Assembly (NCBI GenBank): GCA_026134085.1
Contig: JAOQIN010000001.1
Span: forward strand, 21,344-85,343
Origin: Candidatus Methanoxibalbensis ujae
Lineage (GTDB): Archaea; Halobacteriota; Syntropharchaeia; Alkanophagales; Methanospirareceae
Direction: 5' to 3'
DNA length: 64,000 nt
The translations under genes and the position numbers were made by a program. The notes under the pieces are model-generated. The model ran no database searches and was not told the origin of the DNA. It was given only the letters and a program-made list of their open reading frames with translations. Shown piece by piece: positions 30,473 to 40,068 of the stretch (position 1 is its first letter; each line of letters begins with the position of its first letter).

Positions 30473-31561
30473 TTAATGGGAAAAAATTTCTTTTAAAGCA
30501 GCGACAAGCTTTTTATTCTCACCCCTTCTCCCGACAGTTATCCTTATGAAGTTTCCGTTCAATCCCAATAAACCGGTTATACTCCTCGCAATTATCCCCC
30601 TTCTGTATAAAGATTCCGTCAGTTTATCATCAGGAATTTCAAACTTTGCGAGAATAAAATTTGCAGAAGAGGGAAATGGTTTCATACCCTCTATCTTTTT
30701 CAGAGACTCATATAGATATTCGCGCTCTCTGACAATTTTATCTTTTATTCGCCTGAAGTATTCAACATTTTTTATCGCCTGTATTGCTGCTTTCACTGCG
30801 ATTGAAGAAACTGCGAAAGGTTCCCTTATCTTCTCAAGGAGCGAAGCAATCTGCTGAGATGCGACGGCGTATCCTATGCGCAAGCCAGCGAGTGCGAAGA
30901 ATTTTGAGAATGAGCGCACGACAATCAGATTATCATGCTCAACAGAAAGATTGACAACACTTTCCCCTGAAAATTCAGCGTATGCCTCATCAACAACGAC
31001 AATTGCATTTGTGCACTCAACGATCTTCTCTATCTCAGCGGGATTTATGACCGCGCCAGTTGGATTGTTCGGAGAACAAAGGAAAATGATCTTCGCATTC
31101 CTGCCAGAATCAATGATATCATCTGTGGATGGAACGAAGTTGCGCTCCTCTGCCGATCTGACAAATTTAAGAGAGGCATCATGCATCATCGCATAAAATG
31201 CATACATCGTGTATGTCGGAACTGGTATTACAACAACATCAAAAGGTTCCAACAGATAGCAGATGCGCGAGAAAATCTCATTTGCCCCCCCTCCAACCGT
31301 TATGTTTGCGGAGGGCACATTGATGTATGAGGAAATCTCCGATTTGAGCTCCGTGTATTTTGGATTGGGATAGCGAGATACTTCCTTCGCTTCTGCGCAA
31401 ATCGCGTGCACAACATCCCTGGGAAGCGGATAAGGATTCTCGTTTGAGTTCAGATTCACAATTTTGCGAATTGCAATGCCGTATTTTCTGGACACATCTT
31501 CTGGAAAATCGCCGGCATCATAGGGTTCTATCAGCTCAAATTTGCTGAAATTCACGCGCAT
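30473..31561 (-). CDS. hisC: Histidinol-phosphate aminotransferase
   Basis: LNSNENPY, CSPNNPTG, VDEAY, RSFSKFFALAGLRIGY. Confidence 0.92.
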   Translation of the reverse strand: MRVNFSKFELIEPYDAGDFPEDVSRKYGIAIRKIVNLNSNENPYPLPRDVVHAICAEAKEVSRYPNPKYTELKSEISSYINVPSANITVGGGANEIFSRICYLLEPFDVVVIPVPTYTMYAFYAMMHDASLKFVRSAEERNFVPSTDDIIDSGRNAKIIFLCSPNNPTGAVINPAEIEKIVECTNAIVVVDEAYAEFSGESVVNLSVEHDNLIVVRSFSKFFALAGLRIGYAVASQQIASLLEKIREPFAVSSIAVKAAIQAIKNVEYFRRIKDKIVREREYLYESLKKIEGMKPFPSSANFILAKFEIPDDKLTESLYRRGIIARSITGLLGLNGNFIRITVGRRGENKKLVAALKEIFSH

Positions 31562-31830
31562 ATTCTCTTACCTTTTATCTCCGCTGCCTTCAGCCTCCTT
31601 CTCTTTCTCCTCGCCACATAGTTTCTAAGTTATTCCCGGTCTCAGGATCATTTCCAGTCTCAGGATCATTTCTGATCATTTCCAAGAAGCCTGCGAGAGC
31701 CCCGGATGAGCATGAGCTGCCCGAGTGATGAGGCAACAGTCACCTCTTTATGGAAACTCCATGAGCGATTGTGAGAGGTGAGGTTGTGGGGGGTGAGGTT
31801 GTGATTGTGAGAGGTGAGGAAGCCCCCGAC

Positions 31831-33027
31831 TCATGCGGAATTACGGTCGCAGTGAGAGGCAAGGGGGCAGAGAGGATCTTCAGCCCATATATCGCCGAAT
31901 GCCGAAAGAGCCCTTACACGGCAGCCTCCGCAGATGTTTTTGAACTCGCATGCGCCACATGCACCTTTCAGATTTTTCTGTTTGTTTCTGAAAGCGTTCA
32001 GCACTTTGTTTGAGTCATCGTTCCATATCTCACTGAACCTGCGCTCTCTTATATTTCCTATTTTAAGCGAAGGTATCTGAGCGAACTGGCATGGATACAC
32101 ATTTCCCGCAGGGTCAACATTTGCAACGCGCTCACCCGCGCTGCATGTGTCGCCTGTGAACTCAATAAGCTTCAACGCACTTTCATACTCATCTTTCAAT
32201 CCGTTTTCTTTCATCTTCTGCATCAGAAAGACAGCGTCCTGAGGCGCATCAACTGTGAGTATCTCTATTTTGTCGCCGAGTTCAATTGCCTTTCTGTATA
32301 AAAAATCAAGGATGTTCAATGCTTCTTCGCAGCTCAGCTGCTGCCCGTATATGTCTTTCCCCCTTCCGCTTGGAACCAGCCAGTAAACGCAGAACCGCGG
32401 CACTCCCAAGGAGACCGCGATGTCAAGAAGTGCTCCTATCTCCCTGTAATTCTGTCTTGTCACTGTTATGCGAATGCCCGTTTTCAGTCCTGCGGAGATG
32501 CAGTTTTTGAGCCCCTCCATCGCTCTTCTGAAGCTTCCCGGCTGCTTCCTGAAATCATCATGCGTTCGCTCATTCGCGCCGTCGAGCGAGATTCCGACGT
32601 ATTCTATGTGGCATTCCTTCAAGTGTCGTGCAACTTCTTCATCAATCAGCGTCCCGTTTGTGCTCAGCGCAGTCCTCAATCCGCGGTCATGCGCATATGA
32701 TGCGATGTCCCAGAAATCCTCCCTCATAAGCGGCTCGCCGCCTGTCAGCATCAGCAATGGCACACGCATGTCCGCAAGATCATCAATGAACGCCTCGACC
32801 TCCTCAAATGAGAGCTCATCCTCCCACTCGGGCAGGGGTGATGCGGAGAGATAGCAATGAACACATCTCAAATTGCACTTCCATGTCGTGTTCCAGAAAA
32901 CCACAGGTCTTCTGATGTGTGAAAACGCTATAAAACCGCTCGGAATCTCCTGAACGCTCCTGTGTCTGTACTTCAACGCCTCGCTCACTGTCCCCTTTCC
33001 GTGCACAAGACATGAGATGCGTATCAC
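31831..33027 (-). CDS. ahbC: Radical SAM/SPASM protein, AhbC/NirJ1-like (alternative heme biosynthesis)
   Basis: RPVVFWNTTWKCNLRCVHCY, GGEPL, SPASM CSAG..CGACEFKNICGGCR. Confidence 0.75.
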   Translation of the reverse strand: MIRISCLVHGKGTVSEALKYRHRSVQEIPSGFIAFSHIRRPVVFWNTTWKCNLRCVHCYLSASPLPEWEDELSFEEVEAFIDDLADMRVPLLMLTGGEPLMREDFWDIASYAHDRGLRTALSTNGTLIDEEVARHLKECHIEYVGISLDGANERTHDDFRKQPGSFRRAMEGLKNCISAGLKTGIRITVTRQNYREIGALLDIAVSLGVPRFCVYWLVPSGRGKDIYGQQLSCEEALNILDFLYRKAIELGDKIEILTVDAPQDAVFLMQKMKENGLKDEYESALKLIEFTGDTCSAGERVANVDPAGNVYPCQFAQIPSLKIGNIRERRFSEIWNDDSNKVLNAFRNKQKNLKGACGACEFKNICGGCRVRALSAFGDIWAEDPLCPLASHCDRNSA

Positions 33028-33111
33028 TTCTCACTATGTTCTCTCCTTTTCCTATTAAAATTATGGAACAAGTCCACTTTTAAAAAGGGAGACCCAAATA
33101 ATAAATTGGAT

Positions 33112-33636
33112 ATGAGACTTGCAGTTGTACCAGAGCGCTGTTCCGGATGCAGGCTATGCGAGCTGGCGTGTGCATTGAGTAAATTCAACGTGATGAATCC
33201 GAAAAAAGCGGGGATAAGGGTGATCTCAATATATCCGCATCCAGTTGTGAGGATGCCAGTTTTTTGCAGGCAGTGCAAGGAGCCGAAATGCATGGCAAAC
33301 TGCCCAGTTGAAGCGATAAAGGAGAGTGATGGAATCGTCACAATAGACGAGAAGATATGCGTTGCATGCTATAACTGCGTGACATCATGCCCTTTCGGTG
33401 CAATATTCGTGCATCCTGATGTCAGTGCGCCTATAAAATGCGATCTCTGCGCTGGAAATCCGAAATGTGTGGATGTCTGCCCGACAAACGCGCTGTTGTT
33501 TGTTCCCGAACATCTTCTCGGACAGGCACACAGAGTTGGAAGTGTTCTGAAATACGCACATATGGAGGAAATTGAATACGAAGCAGGAAAGAAAAAACTG
33601 CGATATGCGGATATAGGGAACATAAAAACTGAGTGA
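33112..33636 (+). CDS. 4x[4Fe-4S] ferredoxin-like subunit (CooF/DmsB type)
   Basis: CSGCRLCELAC, CRQCKEPKCMANCP, CVACYNCVTSCP, KCDLC..CVDVCP. Confidence 0.92.
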   Translation: MRLAVVPERCSGCRLCELACALSKFNVMNPKKAGIRVISIYPHPVVRMPVFCRQCKEPKCMANCPVEAIKESDGIVTIDEKICVACYNCVTSCPFGAIFVHPDVSAPIKCDLCAGNPKCVDVCPTNALLFVPEHLLGQAHRVGSVLKYAHMEEIEYEAGKKKLRYADIGNIKTE

Positions 33637-33641
33637 AGCGC

Positions 33642-34691
33642 TCATGCATGTGTGCGGTTGTCATCTGCTTTCTCCTTTTTTCTGCTCTGTGTCCTGTGCA
33701 AATCGTATTCATCGTATATGCTGCCCACGATCTCCTCAAGCAGGTCTTCAAGGCTCACAAGTCCCTTAGCTCTGCCGTGCTCATCAACGACTATCGCGAT
33801 ATGCATCCTTCCCCGCTGAAATTCCTTCAGAAGCTCGTCAATTCTCTTGGTCTCAGGCACCATATATGGGCTCTTCATTATATCGCGCACTTTTTTATTG
33901 AAAAAAAGATTCCCCTGCATCAACATGTCCTTCGCATATAATATGCCCGTGATGTTTTCCTTGGTCTTCTCGCACACCGGTATCCTTGAGTATCCGTATT
34001 TTCTTATGAGAGAGACGGCATCCTCTGCCTTCTGATCTGCATTTATGCATACCATTTCGTCAATCGGCGTCATCACATCACGAGCTACTTTCTCATCAAG
34101 TCTCAGGACGCTCTCCATCATCTCATGCTCATCCTCCTCTATCACACCTTCCTCCCTGCCCATATCAAGGAATGTCCGCAGCTCCTCTTCAGAGATTCCC
34201 GGCTTTCCTTCGCGCATGTCCAGGCCTATCGCCTTCCCGAATATATTTGCGAACTTTGAAAGAAGCCATGCGACGGGTCTGAATACAGATACCAGCAACG
34301 AAAGGGGGGCTGCAGCAATGACCGCAAACTTCTCAGTGTGACGGATCGCGAGCGTCTTGGGCAACACCTCGCAGAATGTGAGTATGATCAATGTCATGAC
34401 TCCTGTCGCAACTCCAACACCTATTTCTCCAAACACATCAATTGCGATGGATGTGGCAATTGACGCAGCTGCAATGTTCACAAGATTGTTTCCGATGAGC
34501 ACAGTGGTGAGAAGCGCATCTGCATCTTCCATCAGCCTGTTTATCTTATCAGCATGCCTGGCACTTCGCTTCTGCATCGCCCTCGCTTTTACCCTGCCAA
34601 GTCCTATGAACGCTGTCTCAGAGCCTGAGAAAAATGCCGAAAGCATCAACAGTATGAACAGCACCAGTAATTCCACCAGTAGCAATAACAC
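33642..34691 (-). CDS. CNNM/CorC-type (DUF21 + CBS) Mg/Co transport-related protein
   Basis: SAFFSGSETA, TVLIGNN, EVLPKT, YSRIPV, VVDEHG, EDLLEEIVGSI. Confidence 0.92.
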   Translation of the reverse strand: MLLLLVELLVLFILLMLSAFFSGSETAFIGLGRVKARAMQKRSARHADKINRLMEDADALLTTVLIGNNLVNIAAASIATSIAIDVFGEIGVGVATGVMTLIILTFCEVLPKTLAIRHTEKFAVIAAAPLSLLVSVFRPVAWLLSKFANIFGKAIGLDMREGKPGISEEELRTFLDMGREEGVIEEDEHEMMESVLRLDEKVARDVMTPIDEMVCINADQKAEDAVSLIRKYGYSRIPVCEKTKENITGILYAKDMLMQGNLFFNKKVRDIMKSPYMVPETKRIDELLKEFQRGRMHIAIVVDEHGRAKGLVSLEDLLEEIVGSIYDEYDLHRTQSRKKEKADDNRTHA

Positions 34692-34955
34692 TTCTACATC
34701 ATCTCTTCATATTTTCATATTTATCCTGCTGCATTATCCTGCTGCACTGTATTATCCTGCTGCTGCACTGTATGATATTTCTCAGTCACAAAATAAAATA
34801 AATATCTCTCCATCATCTCACGCACACATCACCGCCACGCATCACTCCTCCGCACTCTTTTCTCTGCCTTTCTCCGCACATACGCATTTGCCGGCAGCAG
34901 ATGGAGGGCATCATCTGATGCAAAACTCTGATGCAAAATTGTGCTTCATCATATC

Positions 34956-35975
34956 ATGATGAATGCGAAGATGCGAATAGGCCTGGATATAGGAGGTGCA
35001 AACATAAAAGTTGCGAGCTCGGATTGTTCTATCGCACGCACGATATACGCGCCTCTGTGGAAGGACAGGACCGCACTCCACCGCATCCTCTCAGCGATCA
35101 GCTATGAGGATGGAGCGGAGGGGAGAGAAGAGCTGAGGAGCGCATCTGTCGGTGTTGTGATGACAGGGCAGCTGTGCGATTGCTTCAGGACAAAGGCGGA
35201 GGGAATAATATTCATAAAAAACGCGGTGGTATCAATTTTCAGAGGCGCGAAGTTCTTCAGCACAAACTGCTCTTTTGAGAATGCAAGCGTCGTTGACAGC
35301 CATCCATTGCTCTTTGACGCGACGAACTGGCTCGCATCCTCTTTTTATCTCTCAAAAGATATGAAAAATTTCATATTTACAGATGTTGGAAGCACAACAA
35401 CAGATGTTATACCAGTGGTGAAAGGAGAGATAAGAGCCGCTAAAAGGGATTATGAGCGATTAATGCGCAATGAATTGATATATGAAGGTGTTTTGAGAAC
35501 AAATATCGCATTTATATGCAGAAAATTTCGGATAAAAGGGGTTGAATGTGCTGCATCTTCTGAACTTTTCGCGATCACAGCTGATGCATATCTTGCACTC
35601 GGCCTTCTGTCTGAGGAGGGATACACATGCGACACTCCTGAAAGCGGAGGTGCTGAGAGAACAAAAGAGGCGGCTTTGAGACGGCTCTCACGCGTCGTGT
35701 GTGCTGATCTTGAGGAGATTGGACATGATGTTGCGATGGATATTGCGAGACAGGTCAGAGATGCACAGGTAAAACATCTCGCAGATGCTCTGCGTGAGAA
35801 GAGGGAGCGATATAATATCAATGTTGTTTTCTCAGCGGGAATAGGCGAGTTCATCGTCAGGGAAGCGGCTGATATGATAAATATGGAAACGATTTCAGCA
35901 TCTGAAATTTATGGAAAAGATATATCGGCTGTTTTTCCCTCATTTGCTGTGTCAAATTTGCTGAGCGATTTTTGA
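34956..35975 (+). CDS. mfnF: Methanofuran biosynthesis protein MfnF (hydantoinase/oxoprolinase family)
   Basis: GLDIGGANIK, VMTGQLCDCF, ATNW, DVGSTTTD, GVLRT, SELFAITAD. Confidence 0.88.
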   Translation: MMNAKMRIGLDIGGANIKVASSDCSIARTIYAPLWKDRTALHRILSAISYEDGAEGREELRSASVGVVMTGQLCDCFRTKAEGIIFIKNAVVSIFRGAKFFSTNCSFENASVVDSHPLLFDATNWLASSFYLSKDMKNFIFTDVGSTTTDVIPVVKGEIRAAKRDYERLMRNELIYEGVLRTNIAFICRKFRIKGVECAASSELFAITADAYLALGLLSEEGYTCDTPESGGAERTKEAALRRLSRVVCADLEEIGHDVAMDIARQVRDAQVKHLADALREKRERYNINVVFSAGIGEFIVREAADMINMETISASEIYGKDISAVFPSFAVSNLLSDF

Positions 35976-36006
35976 ATTTCTCGGAGATTCAGTCAGATAT
36001 GTCAGA

Positions 36007-37347
36007 TCAGGTCATGATGTGCAATGCAGCGAGTATGCAGAAGACACCGAACATGTCGGTGAGGCTGGTGACAAGCGGTATCGTGTCGTTGTCGGGGTCC
36101 AAACCGGCTTTGAATGAGAGAGCGGCGATGTAATAGGTTGCGATATTTATGAATGATACGCATAACAGTCCCGCGATGACAGTGATCATGATCATCTCTC
36201 CGAGAGAGCCGCTTTCAATGCATGCGAACAGCATTGATAGCCACGAGAGCGCGCCTACCAGGACGAAGAAGGAAGACAGCCCATATATCAAAGTGAAATC
36301 AGCAATGCTGCGCCTATCGGGAAGAAATCCAGGCTTTATCATGCCCACGTGCAGCATTGACGATATGCGTGCGCTCAGTATGCCGCCGAGCGCACCGCTC
36401 ACACCGAGAAAGGGAGGAATAACTGCAAGAACAGAGGGGTTTGAGATGAGATACTCCAATCTTGATTCAAGAAGTGTTCCCGTAAGCAGGCCTATTATCC
36501 CGCATATAAGTAGCACGGGATAACTTTCTCCAATTATACGACTTATTTCGGTGCGGAGCCCTTTGTATGTGAGTATGAGTGAAAGTGTTACAGAGAGTGC
36601 GGAGATGATCATGGCAATTGTTTCTCTGCTCTCAAGATGCAGTAAGATGTGCGCTGCGAGATATAATGAGGGTATTGTCGTCATATCTCCTGCGGAGGTG
36701 ATGAGCGGTGATGAGAAATTATCTATGTCCAATTTGCGCCGATATGCAAATATTGAGATTGCAACAGTTATTCCGAGAAGGAAAATTCCAGATAAAATGC
36801 CGCCTAACACAGAAATAAATATGAAAAGCCATACAGAAATGCTCTGAATGCCAAATATACCGGCGAAAATCTTCGCAATAATTCCCAAAATAACGGAGAA
36901 TGAAAGTGTCAATGTGATTGTTGACTTTATGTTGTTGTATAAAACATTATCCCTGAGGGAGGGAGTGAAAATACCGAGATGCATGGAGGTTCCAAGCCGG
37001 GATGCCATCGCTCCATACACATTGCCGCGCATATCGTTGGCAGGAGGGATCAGTATGAGCAATCCCGGCATCAATTTGAGCATTTCGGACATTGAGCTGA
37101 AAACAGTGCCTGCAATAATTCCTGATAGCGTGCAGAGAGAAAGAGATAATGAAGATTGAATGAAAATTTGAGCATTATCATGAAAATATGAACGAATATG
37201 ATGAGTCAGGAGGAGCAGAGCACGCATGCATGCTGATATCTCCGACAATATGCCGGTGATGATGTGTTGGATGCGCTGGAATGCGGTGTGTGTTGTATCT
37301 TCGGAGCAGTGTTCTTCTTTCACATCTCCCTCCTCTTTCATTTTCAT
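36007..37347 (-). CDS. mgtE: Archaeal MgtE-type divalent cation transporter (two membrane domains)
   Basis: MRGN..SRLGT, DIDNFSSPLITSAGD and LDPDNDTIPLVTSLTD; start uncertain. Confidence 0.85.
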   Translation of the reverse strand: MKMKEEGDVKEEHCSEDTTHTAFQRIQHIITGILSEISACMRALLLLTHHIRSYFHDNAQIFIQSSLSLSLCTLSGIIAGTVFSSMSEMLKLMPGLLILIPPANDMRGNVYGAMASRLGTSMHLGIFTPSLRDNVLYNNIKSTITLTLSFSVILGIIAKIFAGIFGIQSISVWLFIFISVLGGILSGIFLLGITVAISIFAYRRKLDIDNFSSPLITSAGDMTTIPSLYLAAHILLHLESRETIAMIISALSVTLSLILTYKGLRTEISRIIGESYPVLLICGIIGLLTGTLLESRLEYLISNPSVLAVIPPFLGVSGALGGILSARISSMLHVGMIKPGFLPDRRSIADFTLIYGLSSFFVLVGALSWLSMLFACIESGSLGEMIMITVIAGLLCVSFINIATYYIAALSFKAGLDPDNDTIPLVTSLTDMFGVFCILAALHIMT

Positions 37348-37689
37348 CACCACCGAGACACACGACAGCAACGGCTCTCAGCAGCACTGCAGTGATTGTG
37401 CAAAGCGGAGTTTCAGGATCGCCTCCCACATCACTTTCTACCGCGGACATCTCACACTATCTGCTGCTTATTACAACCTCCTCCTGTTCCGATCAGAAGG
37501 ACGGCCCCCATCAACCCCTCTCAGTCGGGAACCTTCAAACCCTCTCCATTTAAAACTTACCACGTAAACCACGTAACGCCTCCTCACAAAGACATGAATC
37601 GCACCAGCCCCTTCTCCACCTTCACACAATCTTCCCCGCACCTAAGCGATGCAGACTTTATACAATGTTTATCAGGTCTTGCACATCTT

Positions 37690-38000
37690 TAAGAAACAAG
37701 CCAGCTCAGGATCCTGTCTCTCTGAAGCTGCAAATAGGTGACATTTTCCGCCATTGCACAATGGCAACAGCAATTCGAGCTATCACAGGCTTTTTTACTT
37801 TCAAACTTAAGATTGTGAATTGATCCATGTTTGCTATCCCCGCCATGTGAACTCCGCCTCCTTCACCTCTGAGTTGAAGAGCTTTCTGAAAGGGCGACAT
37901 CGCCGAGAGATTCCGCATACGGGGCATACGGAGCAGGGTGGAGCGAACTGCGTGAAGAGGTGAAAGCAAGCTTCCTCTTTCGTTTCAGAGTCAAGACTTG
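37690..38000 (-). pseudogene. Degraded IS1595-family-like transposase N-terminus
   Basis: Broken frames read SETKEEACFHLFTQF..VCPVCG..RCRPFRKLFN and NVTYLQLQRDRILSW, resembling the Zn-ribbon and HTH of IS1595 transposases. Confidence 0.45.
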
Positions 38001-38230
38001 TCTTTCAGTAATGAACAGCTGATTTGCCAACTTTTAAGAGTAAAGCGATTCTTCCGAGATGAGAGGAGATACATTGCCGCAACTTATGGACACTTTTTTC
38101 CTCTCAATGCATTCAGTAACTCAAGCAATCCATTTCGCCATAGATAGTTGTTCAATTATTTATGTTGCTTGATGCTCGGACACATCGGATATGCCAGAGT
38201 ATATTTATATGAGAAGGAAAATTAAAGAGA

Positions 38231-38581
38231 TTGGAGGGTCAGCGGGCAATGTATGCGTTGACGGGAGATGTGCTTTTTGCGTCATTCCGTAGAGGTCTCA
38301 GGAACGGAAATTGGAAGAAGCTGAAAGCGAGTGAGAGGGCTTTTTTCAAGGCAGCGCTTTTCTATCTGAGGCGAGGCGGAAGGATTGTGAGCGTGTCTGT
38401 TTTGGAGAAGCTCCGTTTGCTCATAGAGGAATTGAATGAGACTAGAAGAATGAGGATATTTAGAAAGGGATTCGAGAAAGCGATTGAAATTTTGAACGCG
38501 TGCGAAAATTTTGCATGGTATCCTTATTTAAAGAAATGGCTAAAAGAACCTGATTATATATTCTGGCTCGGAACAATATAG
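38231..38581 (+). CDS. Small basic hypothetical protein
   Basis: Open 116-codon frame (RRGLRNGNWKKL...DYIFWLG) at the island edge; function not recognised. Confidence 0.7.
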   Translation: MEGQRAMYALTGDVLFASFRRGLRNGNWKKLKASERAFFKAALFYLRRGGRIVSVSVLEKLRLLIEELNETRRMRIFRKGFEKAIEILNACENFAWYPYLKKWLKEPDYIFWLGTI

Positions 38582-38660
38582 AAAATTATACTCACGTGCC
38601 AAAAATCTGAGTAAGAGAGTCCGCTTGATGGGAGGTGAGAAGCATACAAAATGAGTACGC

Positions 38661-38716
38661 AATGCAGATATTGGGAGGATATACGCAATGCGTATATGAA
38701 CGAGTTATCTGCCATT
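38661..38716 (+). other. Short degenerate attC/attI-like site at the head of the cassette array
   Basis: AATGCAGATA..ATATACGCA-A-TGCGTATAT..GTTATCTGCCATT palindrome; GTT at 38704. Confidence 0.55.
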
Positions 38717-38739
38717 CCACTCAATGGAGTTGTTAGCCT

Positions 38740-40068
38740 ATGGAACAAATTTTCATAGCTTGGGGACGTAATAAAAACTTGGCCATTAAAGTGGCAGAGA
38801 AATTGAAAGAAAAGGGGTATAATCCCATTGTAGGTGGTGATGAAAAGAACCCGAAGGAGAAAGATTATTACTTAGGCAAAGAAGTTCTTAACCAAATTAA
38901 AAAGGCATCTAAGGCTATTATTCTTGCTCAACAATTAAGACCTAACCTAATGTTCGAATTTGGAATATTATTTGAAAGACTAAACCCTGCATCAATCTTT
39001 ATTTTTTTAATTGGAATTAAAAGAAGTAAATTTTTTACAGAAGCTTCAGACCTCGCTGGCATTAGATGTTTTGAAGTCCCTACTGATAAAAAAGATATAG
39101 AGGAAAGAGCAAACTTTATTGTTGAGAAATTTGTTGAAAATTTAGTTCCTACAATTATTGATCCCGAAAGTTTATTTATCAAGTGGGATGACTGGAAAAA
39201 TAAATTTAATTCTATTAAAAAAGGTGAAGTAAAAGAAAGTCAAGTAGTTTTGAATCAAGTAATTTTACACAGTCTTCAACCAGCCTACTATTTTGGCGAA
39301 ATAAATTTTTTAAAAGATTTTGTGTCTAAATTAGAATTGGATTCATCTTTAAAAACAATCATACAATCAGCATGTGAATATTATATGCTAACTGAATTAC
39401 CAGATTCAAGGCCTGAATTGGGCGAATTGCTCCCGTTAAAAGAGAGTTTGAACAATCCTATATCTATCAAATCGACAATTAAAAACTGGGTAGAACTTGT
39501 AAGAAATGACTTCCTTGGTTTGGTTTATCGTAGAATGTCAGAATCTTTGAAAGAGCAAAAAATAAATTATCTCGAAAAATCTAAGAAAGCTTTTGAGAAT
39601 TCAATAAGATATCTTGAAAAAATCCCAGAAAAGAGAGCATGTTGGCATTTATGGAAAGGATATATTTATAGAAACCTTGGAAGAACATATTGTGAACTCA
39701 ACAATCGTGAGAAAGGTCTGGAATTTCTTAAGGAATCCCAAAAACATAGAAGAGAAGCTTATTCAGCGTTTAAAGCATTAAATGTTTCAGACATTGTCTT
39801 AAATCAGATATTTTTGGAGATCAAAATAGTGGATTTAGATATTATGAGATATAGCACTGAAGAATTAGAATCGAAAAAGCAAAAATTGACAGAAATTATA
39901 GAAGCATTAAAAGTCCAGGGAAAACTCATAGTGAGACCTCTAATTTTATGGAATAAAGTAATAGTTTTGGCTAAAGATGTGGCTGAGAGAGAAGCTAACT
40001 TGCAAGGTATATATAGAGACTTAGAGCAAATTGAAAATCACATAAGAAAGTTGAAAGGAGGCTCTTGA
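38740..40068 (+). CDS. TIR-like (CAP12/Pycsar-type) domain fused to TPR-like helical domain
   Basis: IFIAWG, RPNLMFEFG (putative catalytic Glu), ASDLAGI; C-terminal LGLVY..A...F and GYIYRNLGRTY helical repeats. Confidence 0.75.
   Translation: MEQIFIAWGRNKNLAIKVAEKLKEKGYNPIVGGDEKNPKEKDYYLGKEVLNQIKKASKAIILAQQLRPNLMFEFGILFERLNPASIFIFLIGIKRSKFFTEASDLAGIRCFEVPTDKKDIEERANFIVEKFVENLVPTIIDPESLFIKWDDWKNKFNSIKKGEVKESQVVLNQVILHSLQPAYYFGEINFLKDFVSKLELDSSLKTIIQSACEYYMLTELPDSRPELGELLPLKESLNNPISIKSTIKNWVELVRNDFLGLVYRRMSESLKEQKINYLEKSKKAFENSIRYLEKIPEKRACWHLWKGYIYRNLGRTYCELNNREKGLEFLKESQKHRREAYSAFKALNVSDIVLNQIFLEIKIVDLDIMRYSTEELESKKQKLTEIIEALKVQGKLIVRPLILWNKVIVLAKDVAEREANLQGIYRDLEQIENHIRKLKGGS

Noticed and set aside
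31620-31830. C/D box sRNA or riboswitch between hisC and the radical SAM gene
   Set aside because: A GTGATGA is present but no properly placed CTGA; region is dominated by short duplications.
37400-38700. Integron integrase gene
   Set aside because: No ORF or fragment with tyrosine recombinase R..HxxR..Y motifs could be read here or elsewhere in the window.
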